Below the pieces are notes generated by a model. The model had not been told where the DNA came from, ran no database searches, and saw nothing but the letters and a program-made list of their open reading frames with translations. A DNA stretch of 64,000 bases from the NCBI GenBank assembly GCA_001179505.1, contig CDMY01000144.1, positions 117,451-181,450 on the forward strand, read 5' to 3'. Below, piece after piece: positions 32,901 to 46,200 of this stretch. How positions within the stretch are numbered: position 1 is the stretch's first letter; each line of letters opens with the position of its first letter. The DNA comes from Vitrella brassicaformis CCMP3155. Taxonomy: Eukaryota > Protista > Chromerida. The translations under genes were made by a program, and so were the position numbers.

Positions 32901-35900
32901 CCAAGAGAAAAACGGGTCAAGGGACGGGAGCAAGGAACAGATCTCGTCCGCCAGCCAGCAGGCAGTCGGAATCGGGCGAGCAAATAGAGCCAATTTCCAT
33001 TGACAAATCGGCGACGGCTGTAGCGGCCAATTTGCCGCTGCAGAAAGATGCGAAGATCCGCTGTCTATGTGTTGACGACGGTAAACGACGGTTACACACT
33101 TTCAACGAGACTGAAGGACGTTTGCGCTTTTCCACGTTCAGACGAACACTGCCTTGAAGCGACGTGTGAGAAAGAGAGGGCTTGATGCCCATTGATAAAC
33201 GTCACCATGAATGCATGTCTCTGTATTCCTCCCTGACAGGTTTGCTGCTCAATTATGCTGTGCCGAGGATACAATTGACAGAGCCAACAATGGTCGCGAG
33301 GCGGTCGAGCTAGTGAAGCAAAAAGCATATGATGTCGTCTTGATGGACGTGTGCATGCCGATTATGAATGGGACTGGTAAAGAAGCACAAACGAGATACC
33401 CACCCGCATGAACACGTGGCTGAAAATGATGCAGAAGCGACCGAGAAGCTGAGGGCTCTTAGGTTTGCCGGCCGAGTAATCGGGCTTCCGGCTAACGTCA
33501 TCAGCGAGGACCGACAGAAGATGGTGCAGGCAGGTGCGAATGAGGTGATCGCAAAGGGGAGTCTCAGCAAAGAGTTTGTGCGCGAGAGATTCACGACATA
33601 CTTCCCGGATACACTCGCTACATGCCAGCGGGCACGCACAGGAAGCCTACTATCTACTCCAGCTCTACTGCCCACGCACACGGAAGAAGCGCCCCCAGAA
33701 GAAATATCCGCTCTGCCTCGTCTACCTGTGAAGAGGAGCACGAAGACGTCCTCCCAAATGCGACGACATGCATCGATAAAGACCGCCCTGCACCACACGG
33801 ACAGGAGGAGTCACCGAGAGGCACAGAGAGAAGAGGAGCAGACGGTGCTTGTTGTCGACGATGACGAGACATGCCGCCAAGCCACAAGTCTGTTGCTGCA
33901 GTACTGCGGTCGTCGCTACAGGTTGCATGTCATCGAGGCTGCAGACGGCTTGGAGGGGCTGGAGATCGTCAAGAAGTCCCCACAGAAGCCTGATCTTATC
34001 TTTATGGATCTCTTGATGCCTCGAATGGACGGGCTAGAAGCCACCAAGGCCATTAGGGAGTCTGGCCATGCGGGCGCCATTCTTGGCTTGAGCGCCAAGT
34101 GAGCGATAGACGTGCACAGACCTACACACATTGATTGTCTTGTCTATTATCTATGTGTTTGTCCCTTTGCATGCATCAGTTTGTTGGAGGAAGATGTCGA
34201 ACATCTGCTGAACGCTGGTGTTTCGGCCGTCATCGCCAAAGGCCAACGTACACTCACTCACACAACCAACACAGCCGGCTGCATACCCTTTCTTGACCGG
34301 TAATCTGTCTGTCTGTCTACTTCCCATTCAGTTACAAAACAAGTCATGACGGAGCTCCTGGACAAACATTTGAGTACCACCGCCGTACAGCCCTCTCAGC
34401 CGATGTCCAGCGAAAGCACGTCGCCAAGAACCAGCAAGGAGAAGGGCTCGCGTGCCTTGCTGCAAACGCTGCCGGAGACATCGGTTGACGAGGCTGCGTT
34501 GTCATGCACTACGTCGCGCAAGAAGCTTCTTCAGGCAGCCATGGTGTCCACCAACAAGGACGAACGAGGCTTTTCGCCCTCGTGCCCTCACTCCCCGCGA
34601 TCCAATATTGAGCACCTGGCCACGCAAGAAAGGAAGGAGACGGTCTCAAAAGAAGAGGCGGCCGTTTTGAGTGTTCAAGCCGATGCGTCGATCAGCTCCC
34701 AGGAAGCGAGTGACGAAACGTCGATACGCAGCCAGAAAGGAGCGATGCCAGATGAGGAAACCTTGGACGACATTCACCACCAAATGACAGAGACAGACGT
34801 CAATCGCGACGTGTTCTTCGACCTCAAGCCTGTTTTTGTCCAGAAGATCATAGAGAGCGTCCACGCTCACAATCTGCGGAGCATGAGCCACCTATGGTAG
34901 GGTGTTGCGCTACATGCTGTATGTTATTGTGCTGTCCTTCTTGTGCAGGTGCTCGTCCAAACAGGAGATGATTACAAAATGGTGCCGCAAATGTGGTACG
35001 ATGGCCGCCTCTTCAGCGACAGCCAAAGGCTGAACCCTTCAAGGACCTCTCCTGCAGACACCCTCAGTGATGGAGCTGTGTGGACACACCACAGGTTGGA
35101 GTTTCTGAAGCTCTCTTGATCAGCCTTTTTTTCGATTTCTGTTCATTGTGGTCACACAGGTTGTTGGAGAGTCTTTGCGCACGTTTCCGTGTTGTCAAGA
35201 CGCGTGACGTGACGGAGACGATGGAGCACCTTCTGACAAACTTCTTGCCCGATTTGCTGGTCATTCTTTGCACGGTGCAGCCTCGAGGGCTTCCCGTTGG
35301 CTATGAGGCTCTGGCGTATCAGGCTAGGGAATACGACGACACCATCAAGACAGTCACTAAGGTGAGAGTTGGTGCCCGTTGCTCATCCATTCAAGTCTGT
35401 GTGTATGCAGATTCGGAAGTTTCTCCCACTGGACTTCTTCAGTCTTGTCGTCATATCCTCTGTCAGCTTAGCGGACGATGGAGAGCCTGCAACCAACGAG
35501 AGCAGTGGCACTTCTCTTCGTGGGGGCAGCGGCAGGCTGAATCTCGGAAGGATCTTTCAGTGCGGCGTCTCTGCCCACACTGCCATCGGTTCCCTCCCAT
35601 ATGGAGAGCAGGACGACTATGTACGTATCACATAGCAGAACAGACGCGTCTCTCGCATTTATCTGCTTTGTTTGCACTCAGATGGTAGTGTATGAGCAGC
35701 TGATGAGCCTGGTGCATCAGCAGAGGGCTCGCAATCGTCGGCTGGTGGCTGCCAATGCGCAAACCCAGGAGGCGCAAAATCTGCTGGCGAAGATACTGCC
35801 AATGGACATCATTCAGAGAATGCACGACGGAGAGCAGCTCATTGCGGACGCTCATCCAAGTGTCACAATCTTCTTCAGTGACATAGTTGGGTTTACTTCG

Positions 35901-38109
35901 ATTACAAGCCAGGCAAGACGGGCACAGAGCCACTAGATGCGGCACGAGCAAGGCGAGGATAATAACCTACGTGGACCAATGCCATCAGGTCCCAACAGCC
36001 TCGATGGTGTTGTTTCTCAACAAGGTACGAAGCCGTCCTCATTGATCATCTTCCTCTCCTTTGCTGGTTGCCTCTCCCCGCGTTTACACGTGCAGCTCTT
36101 TGGCAAGATGGACTCGCTCTCGGACAAATATGGCTGCTACAAGGTCGAAACGATAGGAGACGCCTACATGTGCGCCAGCGGACACGACGGGAAGGCTGAT
36201 CACGTCATATGCATGCTGAAGTTTGCAATCGCTGTGCAGCAGGAGGCTTCCAAGTGAGCAATCTCTGGCGCGGACCAGTGTACGAGACGAGGTGTCTTTG
36301 GACATGCTTGCTTTGCTGCTGTCGTGTCAGGATGAAACTTCCAAACGGAGAGCCTCTGAGGTTCTCCATTCCGAAGAGGGCTCATTCACACCGCCAAACT
36401 CTTCCAACTTTCGTGTCAGGATGCGAGTGGGGCTTCATACGGGCCCGGCTTTCACGGGTGTCGTCGGGCGCAAGTGTCCTCGCTTCTGTTTCTTTGGCGA
36501 CACCGTGAACACGGCAGCGCGGATGGAGCAGACGGGGATGCCACAAGTGAGAGCCGAAGGTTCATCAAGTGGATGGGGAGAGGTCACTTCTCATCTCGTC
36601 GTGTTATCTTTGTGCAGTGTATCCATATCAGCGCTCGCCTTCGTAACGGTCTAAGAGACATACATGACAAGCGCCCACAGACCGTGAAGGCAGCGCCACC
36701 CGACAAGACGCGTCAGAGAAGAGCGAGCGTCGACAGCGACAATCCTTCAGACGGATCCTTGCAAGTGACGTCGCCGGCAGCCAACAGGTCGTCACCAGGT
36801 GAAGACGCTATGCAGAGTGAGACACTGCACTAATTCAGCGCGGGAGGATCAGAGTCAAGGGGAAACCAGCAATGTGGACATACTTTGTCAATTATAAGGG
36901 CTGTCCGCAGAATCTGGCCGAGATGTGCAGAGAAGCTCGTGATGGAGGGGATCTCCACACGCCAACTTTCTATGGAACGCCGACACCAGAAAAGAGTGAT
37001 CGCGCGGTAAGCGGGATAGTCACACTGATGTACAGAGACATGCAACTAAGGCTCACTGCCTGCCTCACTTGTGTATGCATGGCTATCAATCCTAAGCCCT
37101 CACCCATCCCATCCCTGATCCTTGAGGGCCCGCGGACCAAGTCGATGGCTGAGCCCTGTGTCAACGTGCTTCCACCGGCATCCAGCCCCCCAGTGATCCC
37201 CCAGCCCAGCCCAGCGCCAACAACCGCGGAGGGAAATGCTCCTATTGCACTGGACAAAACAAAGTCCCTCGACATCCCTCAGGACGTCCTTTTGGAGAGG
37301 AGGGCTCAACCCCCCGCTGAGGCGGGGTCCCGAGAAGAGCAAGATGACAAAGACAAGACTCGGGAGACGCTTGATGAGAGGCACGCAGCCGACCTGCCAG
37401 CGGAAGACAAGCCGGAGACCGACAAGGCGCTTGACGGCTTGGCAGCTTCCTTTTCCAGACCACCCCTCTCCAGCGCAGCGTCCTCCTCAGACCAGCTCTC
37501 CCGAGAGCGAACAGGATCGATACTCAACTACAGCGAGCGCGCAGTGCTTCATCAGTCCTTCATATCAGCCTCTACCAGCAGCACTCTCCACCTGGCGCAA
37601 CCTGGGAAGCGACACCCTCCATTTGGCATCTCGCGTCTGCTGCATCTGTTTGGGGGAGACGAGAAGGGTGGCAACAGCGTCTTCTGTGGGCTTGCTGAGG
37701 GGGAGCTTCTACGGGTGTTGAAGGGGCTGTCGGATGAGACACTGTTGAAAGGGGTTGTCCTTCTGGCCAAGGCGCAGCAGCAGGCAGATGCGCTTATGAT
37801 CGAGCAACTCTCGCAAAAGGTGAGCAAGGGCGAACACATGCAAAGAGAAGGAGACATGATTTGCCGCATCTTTGTGTCTCCATGCAGCTCAAGGCAGCTC
37901 ACGACCGCGTCGATGCGCTGGAGGCGAGCGACATTGACCTCCGCCGGACCATCGCCTCGCTTCAGATCCTCACTCAGCTATGCCGCGCTCAGCTGCAGGC
38001 CGCTGCATTAGCTTCGTCGGCGAGTGGTGTCTCCTCTTCTGAGGACCAGGACGAGGCAGCCAAGGGCGGCTTCAATGAGCTGGAGCACCCCACATGGCTC
38101 ACTTTCTGA
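29976..38109 (+). CDS. Histidine kinase rhodopsin-guanylyl cyclase (2c-Cyclop-like enzymerhodopsin): TM0 + 7TM rhodopsin - HisKA - HATPase - REC - REC - pseudo-REC - GC - coiled tail
   Basis: Helix [24 protein letters not shown]; helix [22 protein letters not shown]; H-box [13 protein letters not shown]; N/G1/G2 boxes NSIK, ITDNGVG, SGLGLAI; receivers [14 protein letters not shown] and [14 protein letters not shown]; cyclase [53 protein letters not shown]. Confidence 0.9.
30003..31262 (+). other. Type-1 (microbial) rhodopsin domain with extra N-terminal TM0
   Basis: Spliced exons give 8 hydrophobic segments. Helix C aligns to bacteriorhodopsin RYADWLFTTPLLLLD; helix G aligns to VPLNIETLLFMVLDVSAKVGF. 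Schiff-base Lys codon AAG at 31154-31156. Confidence 0.85.
31457..32575 (+). other. Histidine kinase core (HisKA + HATPase_c)
   Basis: Phospho-His codon CAT at 31545-31547 in FHEIRVP; N box [10 protein letters not shown]; G1 DNGVG; G2 SGLGLAIT; terminal [11 protein letters not shown]. Confidence 0.92.
33050..35360 (+). other. Receiver array: REC1, REC2 and a degenerate third receiver-like segment
   Basis: REC1: CVDD / MDVCMP / IGLPAN / VIAKG. REC2: VVDD / MDLLMP / LGLSAN / VIAKG. Third: [30 protein letters not shown], with no phospho-Asp. Confidence 0.8.
35780..36895 (+). other. Class III nucleotide cyclase with guanylyl-cyclase specificity residues
   Basis: Both metal-binding Asp present (FSDIV, IGDAY); Glu in KVETIG and Cys in RFCFFG (GTP-selecting); catalytic N and R in NTAAR. 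Confidence 0.92.
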
Positions 38110-38779
38110 TACGTACATACGAGTGTAGACGACAGCAAGTGCGTGACTAGACGGACAGTGCATGGTAGAGACAGCACTATTTTTGGATGCAGTCCGCGTC
38201 TCGGCAGCGTGAAGAGCCCGCCAAGTGCAGTGTAGTTCAGTATAGTATCGTGTAGCCGGTGATATGTATTTGGGTCGGGCGTAACGTCGTGGCGTAGCGG
38301 CCCCGTCGCCTCTGTTGATACCGCAGAGATGCATTATCAGTGCATACCCATTGATACAGGTCCGTTTTGTGACCTTTCTGGTGCTCATGGGGGTCTTCGC
38401 GCGAATGTCAAGGTCTGAACTTGCGCTTTTGAGGCGTCAAGCCGCTGGACTTGTACGACTCCCACCCGGGGGGAGATCAGTCCGAGGAATGACAATTCAT
38501 CGTCACAGCATTGTTCACATGAATGAATACAGAAACACGTGTGTCACTCGTGTTAGCTAATATAGCACTCTCTTCATATTGTACCACAGCAGCACGGCTC
38601 GTCTCATGCCCTGACCCATGAGGAATGAGTCGTGTGGACAGCTTATGCGCATGCACTCTGGGAACCATTCCGACCTGACTCATGCACCATCAGGGCGGCG
38701 AGAAACAAGCGACAGCACACTGAATGAGCAAGCGGGCGTACAAGAGGCAAGTCAAGTCAGACCTATACACTCATCTAAG

Positions 38780-40114
38780 TCACTCGCCCGCCCCAAACCC
38801 CACCTCTACAAGTGCCTTCTCCTCTTCGCCCCCATCCACAGCAGCAGCAGCAGCAGCAGCAGCGACGGCACTGTCTTCCGTCTTGTTGCTGCTGCCTCTC
38901 TTGCGGCTCTTCTTCTTCTTGATAGACACACCGCCCGCATAGTTGGATGAAGGGGTAGGGGCGGCACCGCTCCCCGCTGCTGCTGTGCCGCTGCTGGCTG
39001 GCTGCGGCTGGGATGCAGCCGTGCTGTCAGCAGTGGACTGGGAGAGGCCGTAACAGAAAGGGGCGGGGGCGATAGGCGGCATCAGTCTGGTCGAGAAGTT
39101 GGCCCGCAGCCCCTCCAAGAGATAGTCGCGATGGATGGGGTGGCCCCGATGCTGCTCGAATGTGGACAGGGCGTTGTCGAGGGTCATGTTGCATCGCAGG
39201 CACAGGTAAGAGACGACGAAGTAGCCGGTCCGGTTGACCCCATGTGTGCAGTGGATGGCGATGACGCACGGGGAGGGGCTGTTGCTGGCCGTCCAATCCC
39301 GGCGGATGCTGTCGACCATCACACAGAACGCCTCTGTGTCCCCTCGGCTGGGGGTCTCCCTGCCCTTGACGGCCATCTTGTGATGCTTCACACCACTGTC
39401 CTCGAACGTACATGCATCATAATATCTGCACCGCCACACGCAGACACGAAAATGGGGGATGTCCTTATCGCCCTGTGGACATCTTCCTTCTTACCTCTTG
39501 GTGTCGCAGAGGTCGATGATGGCCGAGAGAGGCGCGACAGAGGAAGCCATGTGTTTTATGAGGTCCGCGGGATAGAATCGGTCGTCGTAAGCAGGAATAG
39601 CCTGGTCGAAGGTCTTCTTGAGTGGCACCTTGTGCGGCACCATGAAGGCACCATCACGCCCTTCCCCTTGCATCCGCAGCAGCCTGATGGGTGTGCCCAC
39701 CTTGGTGTACCGCAGCCAGCCAGTTATCATGCTCTCGCCTGCACAGAGGGCATTCAACGCACAGCAAGGCAAGCAGTGGGACACGCGTGACGCTCTGATG
39801 TAAGTGCCGACCCGACACTTGCCTCTATCTCCGTGGGTGTGCGAAGGCCTTCCTCTTCCTCTTCCTCTTCCACCGCGCCCCCTCCCTCCCTCCCAGCCTC
39901 TCCACCCACCCCGTCCCCTGTCGTGTGCGTCACGATGGTCCTGACGCTGATAGGGATCACGCGAGAAGAAGGCCATCCGGTCATACAAATCACCGGAGTG
40001 TGAGCCTGGGTGAGGTGCGTAGGGATCAGGTGGATATTGGGGAGGATAATGCGGAGGATAATGATAAGGTGGTGGCTGCTGATGGCCTTGCCATGGCGCG
40101 CCGTCCTCAGTCAT
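38780..40114 (-). CDS. Stand-alone cysteine-type RNA 5'-triphosphatase (DUSP11/PIR-1-like) with N-terminal Pro/Tyr and RGG region
   Basis: FMVPHKVPL; IIDLCDTKRYY; IAIHCTHGVNRTGYFVVSYL; FEQHRGHPI. RGG box GRGGWRGWEGGRGRGGRGRGRG. No guanylyltransferase domain follows. Confidence 0.85.
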
Positions 40115-40232
40115 CGTTTTCCTCTTCAAGCGACTTAGCTCGCACCGGGATTTAGGATCACATGAAACCGCTCCCTCTGATTTAGGGTCACGGAACGAAT
40201 GCGTTCACATCTGCCCGTGGTTCTCTTGACTA

Positions 40233-43200
40233 ATGGTGAAGCACAAAGGCGGCGGGAGTGCAGCCCGCTACAACGCCACTGCATCCAAGCCGTCGCCTGC
40301 AGATGATGATATTGTGGTTTTCAGCAAAGGCGGCGGGAAGAGTGGCGGCGACAAGAAGGTGACTGAGTGTTCAGCACACCCAGACGCACAGCTGACATGA
40401 AGAAAACATGGCAGATCTTACTGACTGTTTCTGTGTGCTACGCTGCTTCTGCAGGAGCGTGATGTGCCAGCCAAGCCGAAGCCACCATTGCCCGAGAAGC
40501 GCGTCCACGAGAAATGGCCAAAGCAGCTGCTGCACGAGATGTGTCAAAAGACGAAGCGTCCGAACCCACAGGTACACAACCTTCCTTGCTTGACACACCC
40601 GTCTCGCTGCATGCGTGTGTGCGTGTGTGTGTGCGTGTGTGCGTGTGTGTGTGTGTGTGTTCTCTCTGCAGTACCAGATGCGCAAGTCGCCGCCAGGTCA
40701 GTTCTGCATCGAGTGTGTGCTGACCAACCCCAAGGACAGGGAGAAGACTGAGCGATTCCGGCCTGAGGAGGCATACGATGACAAGTTCGATGCTGAGAAC
40801 TGCGCCGCCCTGCTGGCCTTGGTACGCGACGCACGCGCACACAAGTAACCGCCGCGCATCAAGGTGCCTTTGTCTGCTGTGTGTGGGTGTCCCCAACCCA
40901 AACAGCATCACTACAAAAGCGACATCCCTCTCGAGCGGCTTCTGCCCGAGCGCTACCGGCCTCTCTGGCTGCAGCTTATCGGAGCGACTCAGCAAAGCCA
41001 GCCGAGCGGCGGTGGGCCGAGGCAAGAGGGGCAGCCGGCAGACGAGAGCAAGGCCAAGGGGAAGAAGGGTTGGGCCAAGGCAGCCAGTGCCATCGCAACA
41101 GGCAACGGTGCTGCTGCTGCTGCTGGTGCCGGTCCTCCCTCCTCTGCCAGTCAGCCGAGCGATGCAGCGCCTGACCCACCGGCCCGTCCCGCCCTCCCTG
41201 CGCAGCTGACAAGGGCCAACAAGCACGTGTCTGAGTATACGCGTCAGCAGCACGCGGCAAAGCGGGATGCTGAGAGAAAGAGAGGTGCCCGAGATCGAGA
41301 GACCGCCATCTATCACCGGGAGAGTGGTCGAGCAAGGGTACAGATGAGCTCGACCGTGCGGCAGCGTGTGAGGCAGCTGCTACAACAGCTGCTGCCCGGC
41401 CGCGGAGATCTGGTGCAGCCCGTCTTGACGCTGCCAGCCCCTCAAATCCGATCGAGACTCGCCCACGACCCCCGCGCTCTGGCAGCCGTGCGACAGCGGC
41501 TCTCCTCTTTCGGCTTTGATGCCTCCCAAGTAGAGATGGCCATCACATACGTCACGGAAGGGGTGGAGGACTGCGGCGCTCAAGGGCGGAGGGAGCGTCT
41601 CTCGGAGAGGGCGCTGGGTGTGGCTATGGACGCGTGTGTGGACTTTCTGGTGATGAACGTGGCCGAGAGTGCTGTTCCTGCGTCGTTCAATCCCCACGGC
41701 AAGTCGGTAGAGGTGGTCCTGGCCGGCAACGAAGATGTGGAGCTGCGGACATCCGATGAAGACGGCGAAGACGAGAGGGATGGAGGCGAGGATACGGATC
41801 TCGATGTGCCCGCCTTCCTGGCCAGCGTGGCTTCTGCGGCCCTTCCCTCAACCCAGGAGCTGTCGCTCAGCTGCGACTCGTTGCTCATCTCCGTCCTGCC
41901 AGCGGCGAGTGGCGACCAGCCGACCCCTGCAACTGTCCATATGGGGCTGTTCCGCTCTCTCGTCGGTAGCCTAGGTCTTTGGGGGTGGGTCGAGCCGGCA
42001 GTGAAGGAGTGGGAGGACCGTGGCAGACAGAATGACGTCCTTGGCCTGATTTGGAGCATGTACAGAGACGCGGTGCTCGAGGCGGCGTCGCGCATCAGCG
42101 GACACAATCTTGTGGATGTTTATGTGACTCCCGGCCCTGCGTGCCCCCCGCCAGAAGACGAGCCACTGGTGCTCGATTCCATGTATCCTGAGTCTGTCTT
42201 CACGCCGCTCCCCAGCGAATCTGACCCTTCACCCTCCCCCCTCCCTGCCGAAGGCTTCCCGGTCTCCGATGGGTTCCATTGGGTGGTCCGGATTCCCGAC
42301 CTTCACAACAGCTCCCACGTCCTATGGCTTCATCTGTTATCCCCTCCCCACGCACCCTACCCCTCCACCCCTCATCTCGCGTGGGTCAGCAACCGGCGTG
42401 GCCTCTCCCTCGACTCTGTCAGCCACCCTGAGAGCGAGGAGGCTTTACGGGCAACTGGCGAGAATCTGCGGCTGACTGTGGGGATGCTCGCTGACATGGC
42501 CGCACAGCTGGACGGACAGGGGGAGACGGCGTACGGCGAGGGTCACGGCATAGCGATGGCGACGTGGCTGGCTGAGTCGGCACAGGCCGTGGTGCACGAG
42601 GCATTCCCGCAGAGAGGGGAAGCGTATTTGCGAGACACCTGGAGGGCGGGGGTCGGATTCATGTCGACTGACGACGTGGGGACGAGCACCGCGGACGGCG
42701 AGGCAGAGCGGAGATCATGTCATGAGAATGAGCCACCTGCGGCGAACCGTGAGCCGGCGGGCATGGACCAAGGCCAGGCATCGGAATCTCGGGAGCCCCC
42801 ACGAGAGCCGTCAAGCCGTCCAGGAGTGCCACTCAGGAACGAGCTGACAGCGTCGATCAGGGAGCGAGTGACAAAGGGCATGACCACTCAGGTGACCAGG
42901 ACGGCTATGCAGCGTCTCAACACGCGCAAGAGGGCCGCAGAAATAGTCACTCTGCTGGAGGGGCAGCGGGGGGAGGCAGGTCATGGCAGCCGCGTTCTCG
43001 TGCTGCAGGTAATTAATTGAGTATGGTCGCACTCACTGGTGTGCATAGAGAGAGGCATTTCTGTTTGTCGCTCTCGCAGGGTGAAACCGGGTGTGGCAAG
43101 ACGACACAAGTGCCTCGATTGCTTCTGGAGGAGGCCGTCACTCGAGGATCGTCCGATGCCCTCATCCTGTGCACACAGCCGAGACGAATCGCCGCCATCT

Positions 43201-46200
43201 CCGTGGCCGACCGGGTCGCCTTCGAGACGGGTACGTACCTGTGTGGCTGGGGAGGGAGCCAAACAGGTGATGAATAGGTGCTGTCATGGGGGGTATGGGT
43301 GTGTCAGGCTGCGACGTCGGTGATGTGGTCGGGTACCAAGTGCGGCTGCAGAGGCTGGCTGGCGATCAGACGCGGCTTCTCTACTGCACCAATGGCATCC
43401 TACTCAGGTGGATGACCACCGACAGGGCGCTTCGGGGGGTGACACACGTGGTGCTTGACGAAGTGCATGAGCGGTCAGTGGAGATCGATCTGCTCTTGCT
43501 TCTCCTCGCCAAGGCACTCCACCTCAACCCACAAGTAGGCTAGCTAGCTGGCTGATCATGATGACACACACGCACACACAGCCGACTCGACTCGACTTAC
43601 ACCTCACTCTCTAATTCCCTTGGTCTGTCTCCCCGGTCAGCTCAAGGTGTGTGTCATGTCCGCCTCCCTCGCGCCAGATCTCTTCGTCAACTACTTCAAG
43701 CGATGCGGCCACTCCACTGCCTCCCTCATCATCACTGGGCGAAAATTCGAGGTCACCCACCACCACGCTGACGACATCAAAAGGATGCTCTACGGCGAGA
43801 CGGGAGACGACACACCAGAAGGAGCACAGGCGGAGGATCACGCCCACAGAGACGACACATGGGAGGAGCCGCCAGATGCCTGGAGTGAGACGGGGAGTGG
43901 CAGTGGCACTGGCAGCTCGGATGAGTCAGCGAGCGACGAGCAGCCGAACAGGCCACGAGGGAGGGAGAGGCCTGCAGTGCCGAAGCCCACATCGGGCAAG
44001 GGTCCCGCCACCAGTCGAGACCCCAGGCAGGTGTTCGGCAGCCACAACGTGCTCGGCGTCATACGCGACTGCGTGTCGTGGGTTCATGAGCGTCACCCGA
44101 TCGAGGCGGCTGTGCTGATCTTCGTGGCTGGCATACAGGACATCACGGCGGTGTGTCGACACCTGAGGGCGGCGGATGGGGGCTTCCATGTTTTGCCCTG
44201 CCACGGCAGCCTCCCGCCAGAACAAATGAGGCAGGTGCGGTGGGCAGAGAGAACAGCATACATAAGACACACAAATGCAATCAATACGGCGCATGCCATT
44301 CGCCTTGTGTTGTGTGGTGTCCGTCCGTCGGTCCCTTGCTCTCTGCTGTCAGGTCTTTGTGCCCCCTCCCAAAGGTCGTCGAAAGATCGTAGTGGCCACC
44401 AACGTCGCCGAGACCTCCATCACTATCGAAGACGTGCGGGCTGTCATCGACTCGGGACGGCAGAAGCAGATGCAGTGGGACGCCGTCCGGCGGATGGCCT
44501 CGCTCAAGGAGACCTGGGTCTCACAGGCATCTGCCATCCAGAGAGCTGGCCGAGCGGGGCGCGTTGCTGAGGGCGTGTGCTTCAGGCTATACTCGCGGGA
44601 GGATTATCGACAGTTCGATGAGTACGAGGCCCCCGAGCTGCATCGTCTGAGTCTGGAAAACACATGTTTGACTCTCAAGGTGAGTGACAAAGACGCGTGA
44701 CACGACCCACACACGACCAATAATCACTTCTCCCTCTGTGGTGTCATTGTTAGACCATCTTCCCGAAGGTGGGCCTCTCGTCCCTTCTCAGCGAGTGCCT
44801 CGAGCCTCCTAGCGACATCAGCGTCAGCGCAGCCATCGGCTCACTCAAGGCGCTTCGTGCCCTCGAAGATCTCGATGTGGATGAGGGCGGGGCAGCCGAG
44901 AGGCCGCCCAACGAGCGCCTCACGCCTTTGGGAGCAGTGATGGGTCAGCTGCCAATGGACGTCAGACTGGCCAAGATGCTGGCATTCGGCGCATTGTTCG
45001 ACTGCCTGCCGCCACTGCTGACCATCGTTGCACTGATGTCGTGTGAGGACCCCTTCCTGTCGCCCCCCGACCGACGTGAAGACGCCAATCGGAGCAGACA
45101 GGTGGGGGAGTTGAAGGAGATAAGCGCAACATACGTACCGCACCTCACAGATGTGGTATTGTATGCTCTGTGGTTTGATTGCCGTCCGTGCACGGCCGTG
45201 CAGGTCTTCTCCAACAACCAGTGCGACTTCATGACCAAGGTCCGGGCGTACAGCTGCTGGGTCAAGGAGCACCGCAGGGGCCGTCAGGAGGAGGCCAGGT
45301 TCTGCGATGCCTTCTTCATCAGCAGTCAGCGCATCAACACCATCCACGACCTCCGCCGCAACTTCGCCATCCAGATCGCCGCAAGCGGCCTTCTCTCCTC
45401 GCGGCCGCACCACACACGCAGGGCAGCGAGTGGTCATGATGTGGAGGGCGACCCAGAGGAAGACGACCAGTTGGCGGATCTAGGGCTGGAGGAGCCGGAG
45501 CAAGACGTGGACACGGCCACTGGGGGAGCGGGGGAAGAGACGACGAGAGAGCGCATCGCCGCATCGCTGGTCAAGGCATGTGTCGCTGCCGGACTGTATC
45601 CCAATTTCGCGTGGGTAAAGAACCCGCCTCCAAAATATCAGGTGAATGAATTACCCTGCGTGCGTGCGTTTGTGCGTCTTGTGCATCCTGCTCCCACTTG
45701 TCTCGCTGCGCCCATTTGTCTATGCGCGTGTGTGTGTGCACAGGAAGGAACGTCTGGCACCATTCGAAAGGCCCCATCTGCAAAGGAGCTCAAGTTCTAC
45801 TGCCGGCCGGTGGACCTCAATCCCTCATCGAAGGCACCCTCTCCCCCGCCCGAGCTGCCGCTGAATCGCGTGTTCATCCACCCGTCATCTGTCAACTTCC
45901 ACGAGGGCAGCTTCCACACACAGTGGCTGGCCTATCTGGACCTCGTCGAGACCACCAAGCCTTTTGTGAGGACCACCTCTTCCGTGTCTGTCTTCTCCCT
46001 CCTGCTCATGATCGGCGCTCGTCTGCGCATTGGCCCTGCCCGCGAGCCGCCCCCGTTTCTCAAGCAGTCCAAGAGCTACAGGTCCTTCCGCCATCTGTTC
46101 GAGTGCACCCAGCTTCTGGTGGACGAATGGCTGCAGCTGAGATGTCCCGGCGTCATCGGAGTCTATGTGCGGCTGCTCAAGGAGCTGCTGCAGGCCGCCC

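Noticed and set aside
38838-38864. (CAG)n repeat
   Set aside because: It simply encodes a poly-Ala run in the tail of the RNA triphosphatase on the minus strand.
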